A DNA stretch of 54,353 nucleotides. Origin: Candidatus Bipolaricaulota bacterium. GTDB lineage: Bacteria > Bipolaricaulota > Bipolaricaulia > UBA7950 > UBA9294. The DNA is taken from NCBI GenBank assembly GCA_041302745.1, contig JBFYQP010000125.1, forward strand, positions 1 to 54,353. The letters are read 5' to 3'. Positions 8,248-16,092 of the stretch are shown one piece after another; the first letter of the stretch is position 1; each line of letters opens with the position of its first letter. The translations under genes were made by a program, and so were the position numbers. Under the pieces are notes generated by a model, which was not told the origin of the DNA, did no database searches, and saw only the letters and a list, made by a program, of their open reading frames with translations.

Positions 8248-9243
8248 TTGAGTAGCAAGACAAACCGCTTTCTCTTGCGGCCGGCGGAGCTCTGCGACGC
8301 TGCCGCAATCGCCGATCTATGGAATCGCCGCGCCGCCCTCCTCGGGCAGTCGAACGTCTACACTCCCGCCGACGTCGAACACCGCTGGTCGACGCCGGGC
8401 TTCGCCGTCAAGACCGACACGCAGGTCGCATGGGACGGAACGGCGCTCGTAGGGTACGGCTCTCTGAGCGACGTCAAGGAACCCCACGTCGATCTCTTCA
8501 TCGGCCTCACCCTTGCGCCCGCGGTCGAGTGCGACGACGGGCTCACCGACACCTTCTTCGCATGGTTCGAGGCGCGTGCACAGAAGAGCCTCCCTCGGGC
8601 TCCAAAGGGCGCTCGCGTCGTGCTCTTGGCGGGAGCCGACACGGACGACGGGCGCCGAGAAGACGTTCTCGTGCGCCACGGCTTCCGGCTCGACCGCGTC
8701 TGGTCGAACCTGCGCCTCGAGTTCGAGCGCCGACCGCCTGCGCCCGCGTGGCCGGGCGGAATCGCCGTCCGCGCGTTCCGGCCGGGGGAAGACGACGTGA
8801 ACCTCGTCCTCGCCTATCGAGACGCGTTCAAGGATCACTACGGGTATCTCGAGCAGCCCCTCGAGGCCGAGGTCGAGCGCTGGAGGCACTGGATGCAGCA
8901 GCCCGACTTCGAGCCGAGCCTGTGGTTTCTCGCCGTGGACGCGGGAAGGATCTGCGGCTACTGCTGCACCTACGCCGAGTCGCACGGAGACAAGGAGTGC
9001 GGCCTCGTCGATGAGTTCGGGGTTTGCCGCGCGTGGCGAAGGCGCGGGATCGGCCGTGCCCTGCTCCTAGAGGCCTTCGGGGCGATGCATGCCCGCGGCC
9101 TCAAAGGGGTCGAGCTCACCGTCGACTCCGACAACGCATCGGACGCCCTCGGCGTCTACGCAAGCGTCGGAATGAGGGCGACGCATCAGCGAAGCACGTT
9201 CGTGAAGGAGCTGCGCCCAGGAGAGAACCTGGTCGCACCCTAG
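8248..9243 (+). CDS. Two-domain GNAT N-acetyltransferase (MshD-like architecture)
   Basis: TTG start follows AAAGGAG. The C-terminal GNAT core VCRAWRRRGIGRALLLEAF is an acetyl-CoA binding Q/RxxGxG/A motif. The N-terminal half is a degenerate GNAT. Confidence 0.8.
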   Translation: MSSKTNRFLLRPAELCDAAAIADLWNRRAALLGQSNVYTPADVEHRWSTPGFAVKTDTQVAWDGTALVGYGSLSDVKEPHVDLFIGLTLAPAVECDDGLTDTFFAWFEARAQKSLPRAPKGARVVLLAGADTDDGRREDVLVRHGFRLDRVWSNLRLEFERRPPAPAWPGGIAVRAFRPGEDDVNLVLAYRDAFKDHYGYLEQPLEAEVERWRHWMQQPDFEPSLWFLAVDAGRICGYCCTYAESHGDKECGLVDEFGVCRAWRRRGIGRALLLEAFGAMHARGLKGVELTVDSDNASDALGVYASVGMRATHQRSTFVKELRPGENLVAP

Positions 9244-9251
9244 AAACGACG

Positions 9252-9279
9252 GGGGCGGGGGGAGAGTTCCCCTCGCCCC
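9252..9279. terminator. Bidirectional hairpin between convergent GNAT and orn genes
   Basis: GGGGCGGGGGG (9252-9262) pairs with CCCCTCGCCCC (9269-9279), 11 bp including one G-U pair, 6-nt loop. The flanking T tract is weak. Confidence 0.45.
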
Positions 9280-9301
9280 TTGGGCACGCTTCACGCCCTC
9301 G

Positions 9302-9847
9302 CTACTCCCGGAAGATCAGCCTGCGGTACAGCCGCAGCTCGTCGATCGAATCGCGGATGTCGGCGGCGGCGCGGTGGCGGACGCCGCGGTCGAGCTTCGC
9401 TGCTGCGTCGGGGTACCACCGAGCGGCGAGTTCGGCCACCGTGCTGACGTCAAGGTTCCTGTGTGAGAGATGGGCGTTCAGCTCAGGCATGTAGTGCATC
9501 AGGAAGCGGCGATCGAGCGAGATGGAACTCCCGCAAAGCGGCGAGGCCCCGCACGGAACGTGCTTGCGGACAAACCGAAGCGTCTGCTGCTCGGCGTCGG
9601 AGAGGGAGATGTTCGAACTCCGCGAAGCGTCGAGCAACCCTGAGCCATCATGCTGCCGCCTGCTCCACGGGTCGATGCGTGACAGATCTTCGTCCGGATG
9701 GTGAATCACGAGCACAGGCCCCTCTCCGAGGACGTAGAGGTTCTTGTCGGTGACGAGGCTCGCGATCTCGAGGATCACGCGGCTGCCCACGCTGAGGCCC
9801 GTCGTCTCGAGATCGATCCATATCAGGTGGCTTGGGTCTCGAGACAC
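9302..9847 (-). CDS. orn: Oligoribonuclease
   Basis: LIWIDLETTGL (Exo I), DEDD/DEDDh-type motifs and C-terminal HRAAADIRDSIDELRLYR. GTG start at 9847 gives 181 aa. The rest of the 787-aa track ORF is antisense shadow. Confidence 0.9.
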   Translation of the reverse strand: MSRDPSHLIWIDLETTGLSVGSRVILEIASLVTDKNLYVLGEGPVLVIHHPDEDLSRIDPWSRRQHDGSGLLDASRSSNISLSDAEQQTLRFVRKHVPCGASPLCGSSISLDRRFLMHYMPELNAHLSHRNLDVSTVAELAARWYPDAAAKLDRGVRHRAAADIRDSIDELRLYRRLIFRE

Positions 9848-10009
9848 AGATCTCGACGCCTTCCTTCCCGCCAGCTGGGCGGAACAGCAGCAGGTTCGCG
9901 CTGCGGGCTCACGGAGCTCACGAAGTATGTGCGACCGGATCGCGGAACGCGAGGGTGGGGAGCCGTGCTCGCCCGCCGCACGACCCAAGTGCGCTAGACT
10001 GTCCGCAAG

Positions 10010-11017
10010 ATGCGGACGACGAGAGGATCGCAAATCGCAGCGTCGCTGGCGGGCGCCATCGCCTGCGGGGCCGCCGTCTTCTTCCTCGCTTCGTGCGCGC
10101 CGCCCGTGCCGGACGAGGAGGCGACGCTGCAGTTCGGAGGCCTCCTCTGGGGCAGCCTCGATCGCACCTATGCGGTGTACTCCCCGGCGGCTCCCAGAAC
10201 CCCCGCCCCCGTCGTCCTCCTTCTGCACGGCGGACTCGGGAGTGCGGACAGCGTGTGGGAGAGCGAGAACGGGCGATCGTGGAGGGCGCTGGCCGACAAG
10301 CATGGGTTCATCCTCCTCTTGCCCGAGGGACGACCCGACCCGACCCACGCCGACCGGCATCACTGGAACGACTGTCGCGCGGACATCGACAACGAGGACG
10401 CCGTCTCTCTGGAAGACGACGTCGGGTTCGTGAACGCCCTCATCGACCGGCTGGCCGCGGAGGCCCCCGTCGACCCGGCGAGGATCTACGTGACCGGCGC
10501 GTCGAACGGAGGGATGATGACGTTCCGCGTGGCGATGCAGCTCGGGGACCGTTTGGCGGCGGCGGCGGCCGTCATCGCGAATCTGCCGGACCCGTCGGAG
10601 TGCCCGTTCGAGGCCGTACCCGTGCCGATTCTGATCATGAACGGAACGGCAGACCCCCTGATCCCGTACGAAGGCGGATGTGTCGCCGGGGCGGCCTGTC
10701 GCCGCGGGCGCGTGCGCTCGACGGACGAGACCGTCGCCTTCTGGGTGGGCGTCAACCATGCCGCGGTTTCCGCAGAGGAGAACTCTCTCCCCGATCGGGT
10801 CGCAGCGGACGGGTCCACCGTGACCGTGTTCATCCACTCGGGAGGGTCGACGGGCCAGGATGTCGTCCTCTATCGGATCGACGGTGGAGGGCACGCGGTC
10901 CCAGGCCCGGACTCGTCGACCGCTTCTCTCCGAGCCGCGGCACGCAAGAACCGCGACATCGACGCTGCCGAGGAGATCTGGCGGTTCTTCGGCAAGCACG
11001 CGCGCCCCTCGGGGTAG
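10010..11017 (+). CDS. Lipoprotein esterase, PHB-depolymerase/LpqC family (COG3509-like)
   Basis: Lipobox FFLASC. VVLLLHGGLGSA, DDVGFVNALIDRL and nucleophile elbow YVTGASNGGMM. Confidence 0.8.
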   Translation: MRTTRGSQIAASLAGAIACGAAVFFLASCAPPVPDEEATLQFGGLLWGSLDRTYAVYSPAAPRTPAPVVLLLHGGLGSADSVWESENGRSWRALADKHGFILLLPEGRPDPTHADRHHWNDCRADIDNEDAVSLEDDVGFVNALIDRLAAEAPVDPARIYVTGASNGGMMTFRVAMQLGDRLAAAAAVIANLPDPSECPFEAVPVPILIMNGTADPLIPYEGGCVAGAACRRGRVRSTDETVAFWVGVNHAAVSAEENSLPDRVAADGSTVTVFIHSGGSTGQDVVLYRIDGGGHAVPGPDSSTASLRAAARKNRDIDAAEEIWRFFGKHARPSG

Positions 11018-11071
11018 AGACCCATTCTCCCCTGGACCTCGTACAATGCCCCCACCGCGGGGGGTGGTGTT

Positions 11072-11947
11072 GTGAGCAGAGTGTTTGGAGCCCTGATCCT
11101 GATCGTCGGTCTCGGGACAGCCGCCGTTCTCGCATGCAGCGGCGTCGTTCTGGTCGGCGACGGGGCGGTCGTCGTGGGGGGCAACGAGGACAACGACAAG
11201 ATCGACGCCTCGATGTGGGCTGCCGCGGCGACTGAATCGGCCCACGGCGCCGTGTACTTCGGCTTCTACTTCGTCGGCCTTGGAGGCCGCTACCCGGGCT
11301 GGTACGAGATGCAGGGCGTGAACGACCAGGGACTCTACTTCGACTTGTTCAGCATCCCCTGCGCTCCCGGAGCCGAGTCCGCTCCGTCGCCCGGACTGCC
11401 CACCCCAAGCGGGCGTCCGGCGCCCGAGGCGCTCGAGCGCACGATGATGACCACGTGCGCCACCGTCGCCGAAGCCCTCGCGTTCCTTCACGCAAGGAAC
11501 TACACGAGGATCGTTCCGTGCGTCCAAGTCCTCCTCGTCGACCGCGCCGGGAACGCCGCGGTCTACACCGGAACAGGCGATGTCTTCCGGACCACGCCGG
11601 GTTTCGTCGTGACGAACTTCAGCTTGACGAACCCTTCTCTCGGCGAGTGGCCGTGCGAGCGGCACACGCTCGCCACGCGGATGATCGCGTGGGACGCCAG
11701 TCCGACCCTCGATCGCGCGGCCCAGATCCTCCGGGCGGCGCGGTACATCCCCGCTCCGGGAGCCTCGTACGCCGAGGGAGGAACCCGCTACTCCGTCGTC
11801 TGCAATCTCATCGGCGGGATCGCGGATGTGTACCTCGACGGGGACTTCACCCGCAGGGCGCGACTCGACCTCGCGGCGTTGTGGTCAACAGGACTCGAGC
11901 GCACTCTCCTCGCGGGGCTGTCGTTCACGCCGAGCGGACTGCCGTAG
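11072..11947 (+). CDS. Ntn-hydrolase superfamily protein (choloylglycine hydrolase / peptidase C45-like)
   Basis: A signal peptide ends ...AAVLAC-SGVVLVGDGAVVVGGNEDN, so a Cys directly follows the leader, as in N-terminal-nucleophile acylases. GTG start. Confidence 0.6.
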   Translation: MSRVFGALILIVGLGTAAVLACSGVVLVGDGAVVVGGNEDNDKIDASMWAAAATESAHGAVYFGFYFVGLGGRYPGWYEMQGVNDQGLYFDLFSIPCAPGAESAPSPGLPTPSGRPAPEALERTMMTTCATVAEALAFLHARNYTRIVPCVQVLLVDRAGNAAVYTGTGDVFRTTPGFVVTNFSLTNPSLGEWPCERHTLATRMIAWDASPTLDRAAQILRAARYIPAPGASYAEGGTRYSVVCNLIGGIADVYLDGDFTRRARLDLAALWSTGLERTLLAGLSFTPSGLP

Positions 11948-12007
11948 AGGGGCATGCACCCCACCTCCCACGCGATCATCAGGGGCTGAAGTACGTGTCC
12001 CCGGGTT

Positions 12008-12217
12008 CTAGTCGCCTCCTCCGAGCCCCTTGAGGAGTCCTTTGGCCTTGTCTGCAAGGCCACCGCTGCCGCCGAGCACGGCGTCGATCTGCGACGCAAG
12101 GGGCGCCGGCAGGTTCTTCTTGAGGAACCCCGCAACGACCTCTACGGCGACCTTCGCCTTGTCCTCGGTCACGCCCAGTTTGGACGCGACGAGCTTCACC
12201 AATTCGTCCATCGACAT
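12008..12217 (-). CDS. Small helical protein, unknown function
   Basis: 69 aa. ATG follows GGGAGGGG. Lys/Ala/Gly-rich with a Gly-rich C-terminus. No family recognised. Confidence 0.5.
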   Translation of the reverse strand: MSMDELVKLVASKLGVTEDKAKVAVEVVAGFLKKNLPAPLASQIDAVLGGSGGLADKAKGLLKGLGGGD

Positions 12218-12284
12218 CCCCTCCCTATCGCGATCCTAGCTCGACCCTGGAGGGCGAGCAACACGCCGCGCGGCCCTGCGGACC

Positions 12285-13229
12285 CTACCGAGGCGGATCG
12301 AAGTACGGAGCGATCGGGAGGTACAGGTGGACGCCGGGCGACCCGAAGCCGAGGTCGATGTAGTCGGTCCCGGGCTCCTTGTCCGACAGGCCCGTCCAGA
12401 CGTTGTAGATCATGTCTCGGAATGCGCCGACCGCGCGCTCGGTCGGCGGCGAAACGGAGACAGTCAGCAACGCTCCGGTGATTCGATCGGTGAGGTCGAG
12501 GAACGTGACTACGTAGCGCTCCTCGGCCGACGCGCCCGGCTTCACCGTCAGCTTCAGGGTCGCGTCCGGCGCAAGCAGGATCCGACCGACGGTGGAGTCG
12601 AGAAACCGCGTGACGGACTCGCCGGCCCAGTCGCGGAAATACGAGAGCGACGCCGTGACCTTCAGGGTTCCTCGGTACACAACCGTCCCCGGGTTCGCGA
12701 TCGTCACCTTCGCGCCACCACTTGCGTCGTACTCGGCCTTCACCTCCAAGGGAAGCGCCATGCGAACGGGAGCGAAGAAGAGCCGCGCACCGGAGGAGGA
12801 TCCCGCAGCGGACTCCGAGGGCGCGGGTCCCCCCTTCTCGACGGTGAACGTTGCCGTGGGCACCTCGTCGTCGACCCACATGATGTAGACGGAGATCTTG
12901 TCTCCTTCCGCAACAAGCGGGGCAGGAAGGGTTAGCTTGAGCTCTTCGTACGCGTTGAACGTGGCCTGAATGTCGGCGTCCTCGAGGGTTGAGTAGGCCC
13001 CGGACGGGAACACGATCGCGTTGTTCACGGTGTCCCGCACGACCTCCCACTTCCCTTCGTTGACGATGTAGAAGGTCGAGAGCAAGTAGCCGTTCGCCGG
13101 CGACTCAGGGATGTCGACCACGCGAATCGTGTACGCGTCGCCGCTCCAGCGGTGATCGACCGTCGCGGCGCCGACCGCGACGCACCCCGCGGCAAGGATC
13201 CCAACCACGCTCACCCACGTTCTCCCCAT
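12285..13229 (-). CDS. Secreted or membrane-anchored protein, unknown function
   Basis: 314 aa. ATG follows GGAGG. N-terminal hydrophobic leader VSVVGILAAGCVAVGAA. The remainder is beta-rich. Confidence 0.55.
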   Translation of the reverse strand: MGRTWVSVVGILAAGCVAVGAATVDHRWSGDAYTIRVVDIPESPANGYLLSTFYIVNEGKWEVVRDTVNNAIVFPSGAYSTLEDADIQATFNAYEELKLTLPAPLVAEGDKISVYIMWVDDEVPTATFTVEKGGPAPSESAAGSSSGARLFFAPVRMALPLEVKAEYDASGGAKVTIANPGTVVYRGTLKVTASLSYFRDWAGESVTRFLDSTVGRILLAPDATLKLTVKPGASAEERYVVTFLDLTDRITGALLTVSVSPPTERAVGAFRDMIYNVWTGLSDKEPGTDYIDLGFGSPGVHLYLPIAPYFDPPR

Positions 13230-13379
13230 GATCGCCTCCGTTCCCCCTCCATGGTACCGGCGGGGGGATTCGGGAAGAAGCAGCCATCTCGGCGCGGCGC
13301 TTCCCGGCCGAACCTCGGGTTGCCCTGAGCCCTTGCCTTGCCTACCCTTGCGGGCGAGGACGTACAGGGAGGCACAACC

Positions 13380-14867
13380 ATGGCGAGATCGGAGTGGCGA
13401 AACGTGGGAAGAGGGATGCTCGTTCTATTCGGGACGCTGGTCGTGTTCGCCGGCACCGCCCTAGGGAGCGGCGAGCCTGCGACGCTGACGTCGTGGACGG
13501 TGCCAACGCCGGGCAGCACTCCGGGCGGGATCGTCGTGGCGGATGGAATCGTGTACTTCACCGAAGCTCGTGGAGACAAACTCGGGCGCCTCGACCCGAC
13601 GACGAACCTCATCACGGAGTGGGACGTCGGGCAGGGTCCGGAACGCCTCGTCATCGGACCGGAGGGCGGCGTCTACTTCACCGAGCGGTGGGCGAACCGC
13701 ATCGGCCGTATTCTGCCCGGAGGCGACTTCTACTCGTCGGAGGCCGTAGCCGCCGCGGGGTCGGAACCGCTCGGCTTGGTGGCCGACCTGTCAGGATCGC
13801 CCTCGCTGTGGTACACGGAGCGCGAAGCGTCGAAGGTCGGACGAGTCACTCTGGGCGGCCTGCTGTTCGACGTTCTCCAGGGCAGAGTCCCGACGCTGCA
13901 GCCTGTGGGTCCATCCACCGTGGCCCTCCCCCCCGCGACGACCACCGTCGCGCCGCACATTACCCCCGGCAATCCGCTGCTGCCGCCGGGGATCGCCGTC
14001 GCGCCGCGCACAGCCTCGGGACCCTATACGGAGTGGACCTTCCCGAGCGGCTCGATGCATCTCCGGGATCTCGCCTTTGCGCCGAGCGGCTCGGTCTTCG
14101 TGTCCACGGAGACAAGAAGCATCCTGGAGCTTTCCCCCTCAACCAACTCCGTCCTGTTCCATGACCTGCCGATCACCTCGTCGTCGTTGCGTCTCGCGGT
14201 CGACTCAGGTGGACGCGTCTGGTTTACCGAAAGCTGGAACGGGAAGATCGGCCGGCTGGACCCGACCACGGGCGACGTGACCGAGTGGGCGGTGGCGGGT
14301 TCGCAGCCGCTGGCGATCGCTGTCGCTGCAGACAACACGGTCTGGTACACGGACCGGGTGCGCAGCCGAATCGCCCACCTGGATCCCGCAACCGGCGTGC
14401 TGACGGAGTACCCTCTCTTCCCCAACTCCAACCCTGTCGACATCGCGCTCGATTCGCTCCAGCAGGTCTGGTTCACGACGGAAGCGAACTGGATCGGCCG
14501 GCTCGCCATCGAGCCCACGCTTGCGCTGCCTCGCTTCGCGGACGCCATCTTCGGCATACACGTCACGGCCGCATCGACCGCGGGGGCCCGCGTCACCGTC
14601 GACTACCTCTATTCGGGGAGCCGTGGCCTTCCTGTCTTCGTCGGCGGGCTGCCCGTCGTCGGCGGCGTTCAGTCGACGGGCTTCGGCTACGTACCGCAGG
14701 TCATCGCGACGGCGGGGTCGGGGAGCGTCACGTTCGACATCTCCTATCTCGCCACGGGGTGCATGACGACCGACGGATTCGAGGTCTACCTGTACGACGC
14801 GACCCGATCGACGTTCCTGGTCTACCAGATCTCCATGCAGATGCGTTGGGGTCCCTGCTCGCCGTAG
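13380..14867 (+). CDS. Secreted beta-propeller protein, Vgb/streptogramin-lyase-like repeats (COG4257-like) plus a C-terminal ~110-aa domain
   Basis: ATG 13380 follows AGGGAGG. Signal peptide present. Repeats of the type YFTE..xKLGRLDPTT..ITEW, VYFTERWANRIGRI, WYTEREASKVGRV, WFTESWNGKIGRLDPTTGDVTEW, WYTDRVRSRIAHLDPATGVLTEY. Confidence 0.7.
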   Translation: MARSEWRNVGRGMLVLFGTLVVFAGTALGSGEPATLTSWTVPTPGSTPGGIVVADGIVYFTEARGDKLGRLDPTTNLITEWDVGQGPERLVIGPEGGVYFTERWANRIGRILPGGDFYSSEAVAAAGSEPLGLVADLSGSPSLWYTEREASKVGRVTLGGLLFDVLQGRVPTLQPVGPSTVALPPATTTVAPHITPGNPLLPPGIAVAPRTASGPYTEWTFPSGSMHLRDLAFAPSGSVFVSTETRSILELSPSTNSVLFHDLPITSSSLRLAVDSGGRVWFTESWNGKIGRLDPTTGDVTEWAVAGSQPLAIAVAADNTVWYTDRVRSRIAHLDPATGVLTEYPLFPNSNPVDIALDSLQQVWFTTEANWIGRLAIEPTLALPRFADAIFGIHVTAASTAGARVTVDYLYSGSRGLPVFVGGLPVVGGVQSTGFGYVPQVIATAGSGSVTFDISYLATGCMTTDGFEVYLYDATRSTFLVYQISMQMRWGPCSP

Positions 14868-14896
14868 GGTGGTCGACGCTCGCGGACCCGGTCGAT

Positions 14897-14928
14897 GGCG
14901 GCTCGGCATGTCAAGACGCCGAGCCGCC
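14897..14928. terminator. Bidirectional hairpin between convergent genes
   Basis: GGCGGCTCGGC (14897-14907) pairs perfectly with GCCGAGCCGCC (14918-14928), 10-nt loop. Confidence 0.5.
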
Positions 14929-14933
14929 ACCGT

Positions 14934-16091
14934 TCATTTGAGCGCCTCTTGCCCCTTGAAGACCCGGTACGGCGACAGCAGCTCGAGGATCTCCTCGTCT
15001 TCGGGCGTTGTCTCACCCTGCACGGCGCGCGCGAGGAGCTCGCCGAGCCCGGGGCCGAGCATGAACCCCTGCCCGCAGAGGCCGATGGCCATCAGATAGC
15101 CATCGATTTCGCGCGCCCAGCCCACGATCGGCGACCCGTCCGGCGTCATCGGATAGAGACCACGCCACGTCCGGCGAACGCGGAGGTTGGCGAGCGTGGG
15201 CATGAGCCGCACCATGCGGCCCGCCACCATCGGGAGGAAGGCGCTCGTTTCGCGTCGGTCGAAACCCCACAGGCTGGGGCTCGGAGTGATGCAGAAGACA
15301 ACCTGTCCCGTCGCAAGCTGGTAGAAGTAGTAGTTGGCCGACCCAGGCGCCGGCGCGATGTCGACGACCATCGGCCCAAAGAAGGGGGCGACGGGCTCCG
15401 TGATCCCGCCCTCGTGTGAATCCGGGCGCACGGGGTGCACAAGGCCAACCAGACGGCCCACGTCGGCGGCCCATGGCCCTGCGGCGTTGACGACGACACG
15501 CGTCCCGTAGCGCCCCTTGGACGTGGTCACACCCCGGACCCGGCCGTCCCGGACCTCGATGCCCGCGGCCGCCTCGCCGAAGTGGAAATCGACGCCGGCC
15601 CCCTTCGCCCGCTCGTACAGGGCATGGCCGAAGAGGAGCGGGGAGCAGTGACCGTCGCCCGGAGAGAACGTGCCGCCCATCAGGCCGTCCGGACGAAGCG
15701 GCGGAACGATCTCGAGAAGCCCGTCGCGGCCGTACCACTCGATGTCGAGTCCGTACCGCTTCTGGATGACAAGGAGGTCCTTCAGGATCGTTTCCTCGCG
15801 CGGCGAGTAGGCGACGAACGAGTACCCTCCAGTCGTCCACTCGATGTCGTCGCCGTACGTGTCCTTCCAGGTCCTCGCGATCTCGAGCGACCGCAGTCCC
15901 AACCGGATCTTGGCTGGGTCGGAGTGGGTCGCGCGAATGCCCCCGATCGCCGCCTTGTTCGAACCCTGCCCTGAGCTCGCAAACGGATCGAGGACAAGCA
16001 CCGAGAGGCCGCTCTCGGCCATGGCCCACCCCGCCGGAACGCCGACGCTGCCGGCCCCGAGGACGATGACGTCGTAGACTGAGCGCGGCAC
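14934..16091 (-). CDS. FAD-dependent amino-acid/amine oxidoreductase, sarcosine oxidase beta / HcnC / proline dehydrogenase beta-like
   Basis: GTG at 16091 lies 1 nt after the upstream stop. The dinucleotide fold YDVIVLGAGSVGVPAGWAMAESG is at the N-terminus. DAO-family C-terminus GLCGQGFMLGPGLGELLA. Confidence 0.85.
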   Translation of the reverse strand: MPRSVYDVIVLGAGSVGVPAGWAMAESGLSVLVLDPFASSGQGSNKAAIGGIRATHSDPAKIRLGLRSLEIARTWKDTYGDDIEWTTGGYSFVAYSPREETILKDLLVIQKRYGLDIEWYGRDGLLEIVPPLRPDGLMGGTFSPGDGHCSPLLFGHALYERAKGAGVDFHFGEAAAGIEVRDGRVRGVTTSKGRYGTRVVVNAAGPWAADVGRLVGLVHPVRPDSHEGGITEPVAPFFGPMVVDIAPAPGSANYYFYQLATGQVVFCITPSPSLWGFDRRETSAFLPMVAGRMVRLMPTLANLRVRRTWRGLYPMTPDGSPIVGWAREIDGYLMAIGLCGQGFMLGPGLGELLARAVQGETTPEDEEILELLSPYRVFKGQEALK

Positions 16092-16092
16092 G

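Noticed and set aside
7895-8308. Upstream extension of the lipoprotein ORF, including the MDAPRLV-A-MDAPRLV peptide repeat
   Set aside because: Arg/Pro-rich with no RBS at 8308. The real start (GTG 7894) has a strong RBS followed by a lipobox. The peptide repeat is a DNA-level tandem palindrome in the intergenic region.
9848-11665. N-terminal ~600 aa of the 787-aa minus-strand ORF (9302-11665)
   Set aside because: Only the last 181 aa are oligoribonuclease. The rest is Arg/Gly/Pro-rich low-complexity sequence, antisense to two well-supported plus-strand genes (esterase, Ntn hydrolase). This is typical GC-rich shadow frame.
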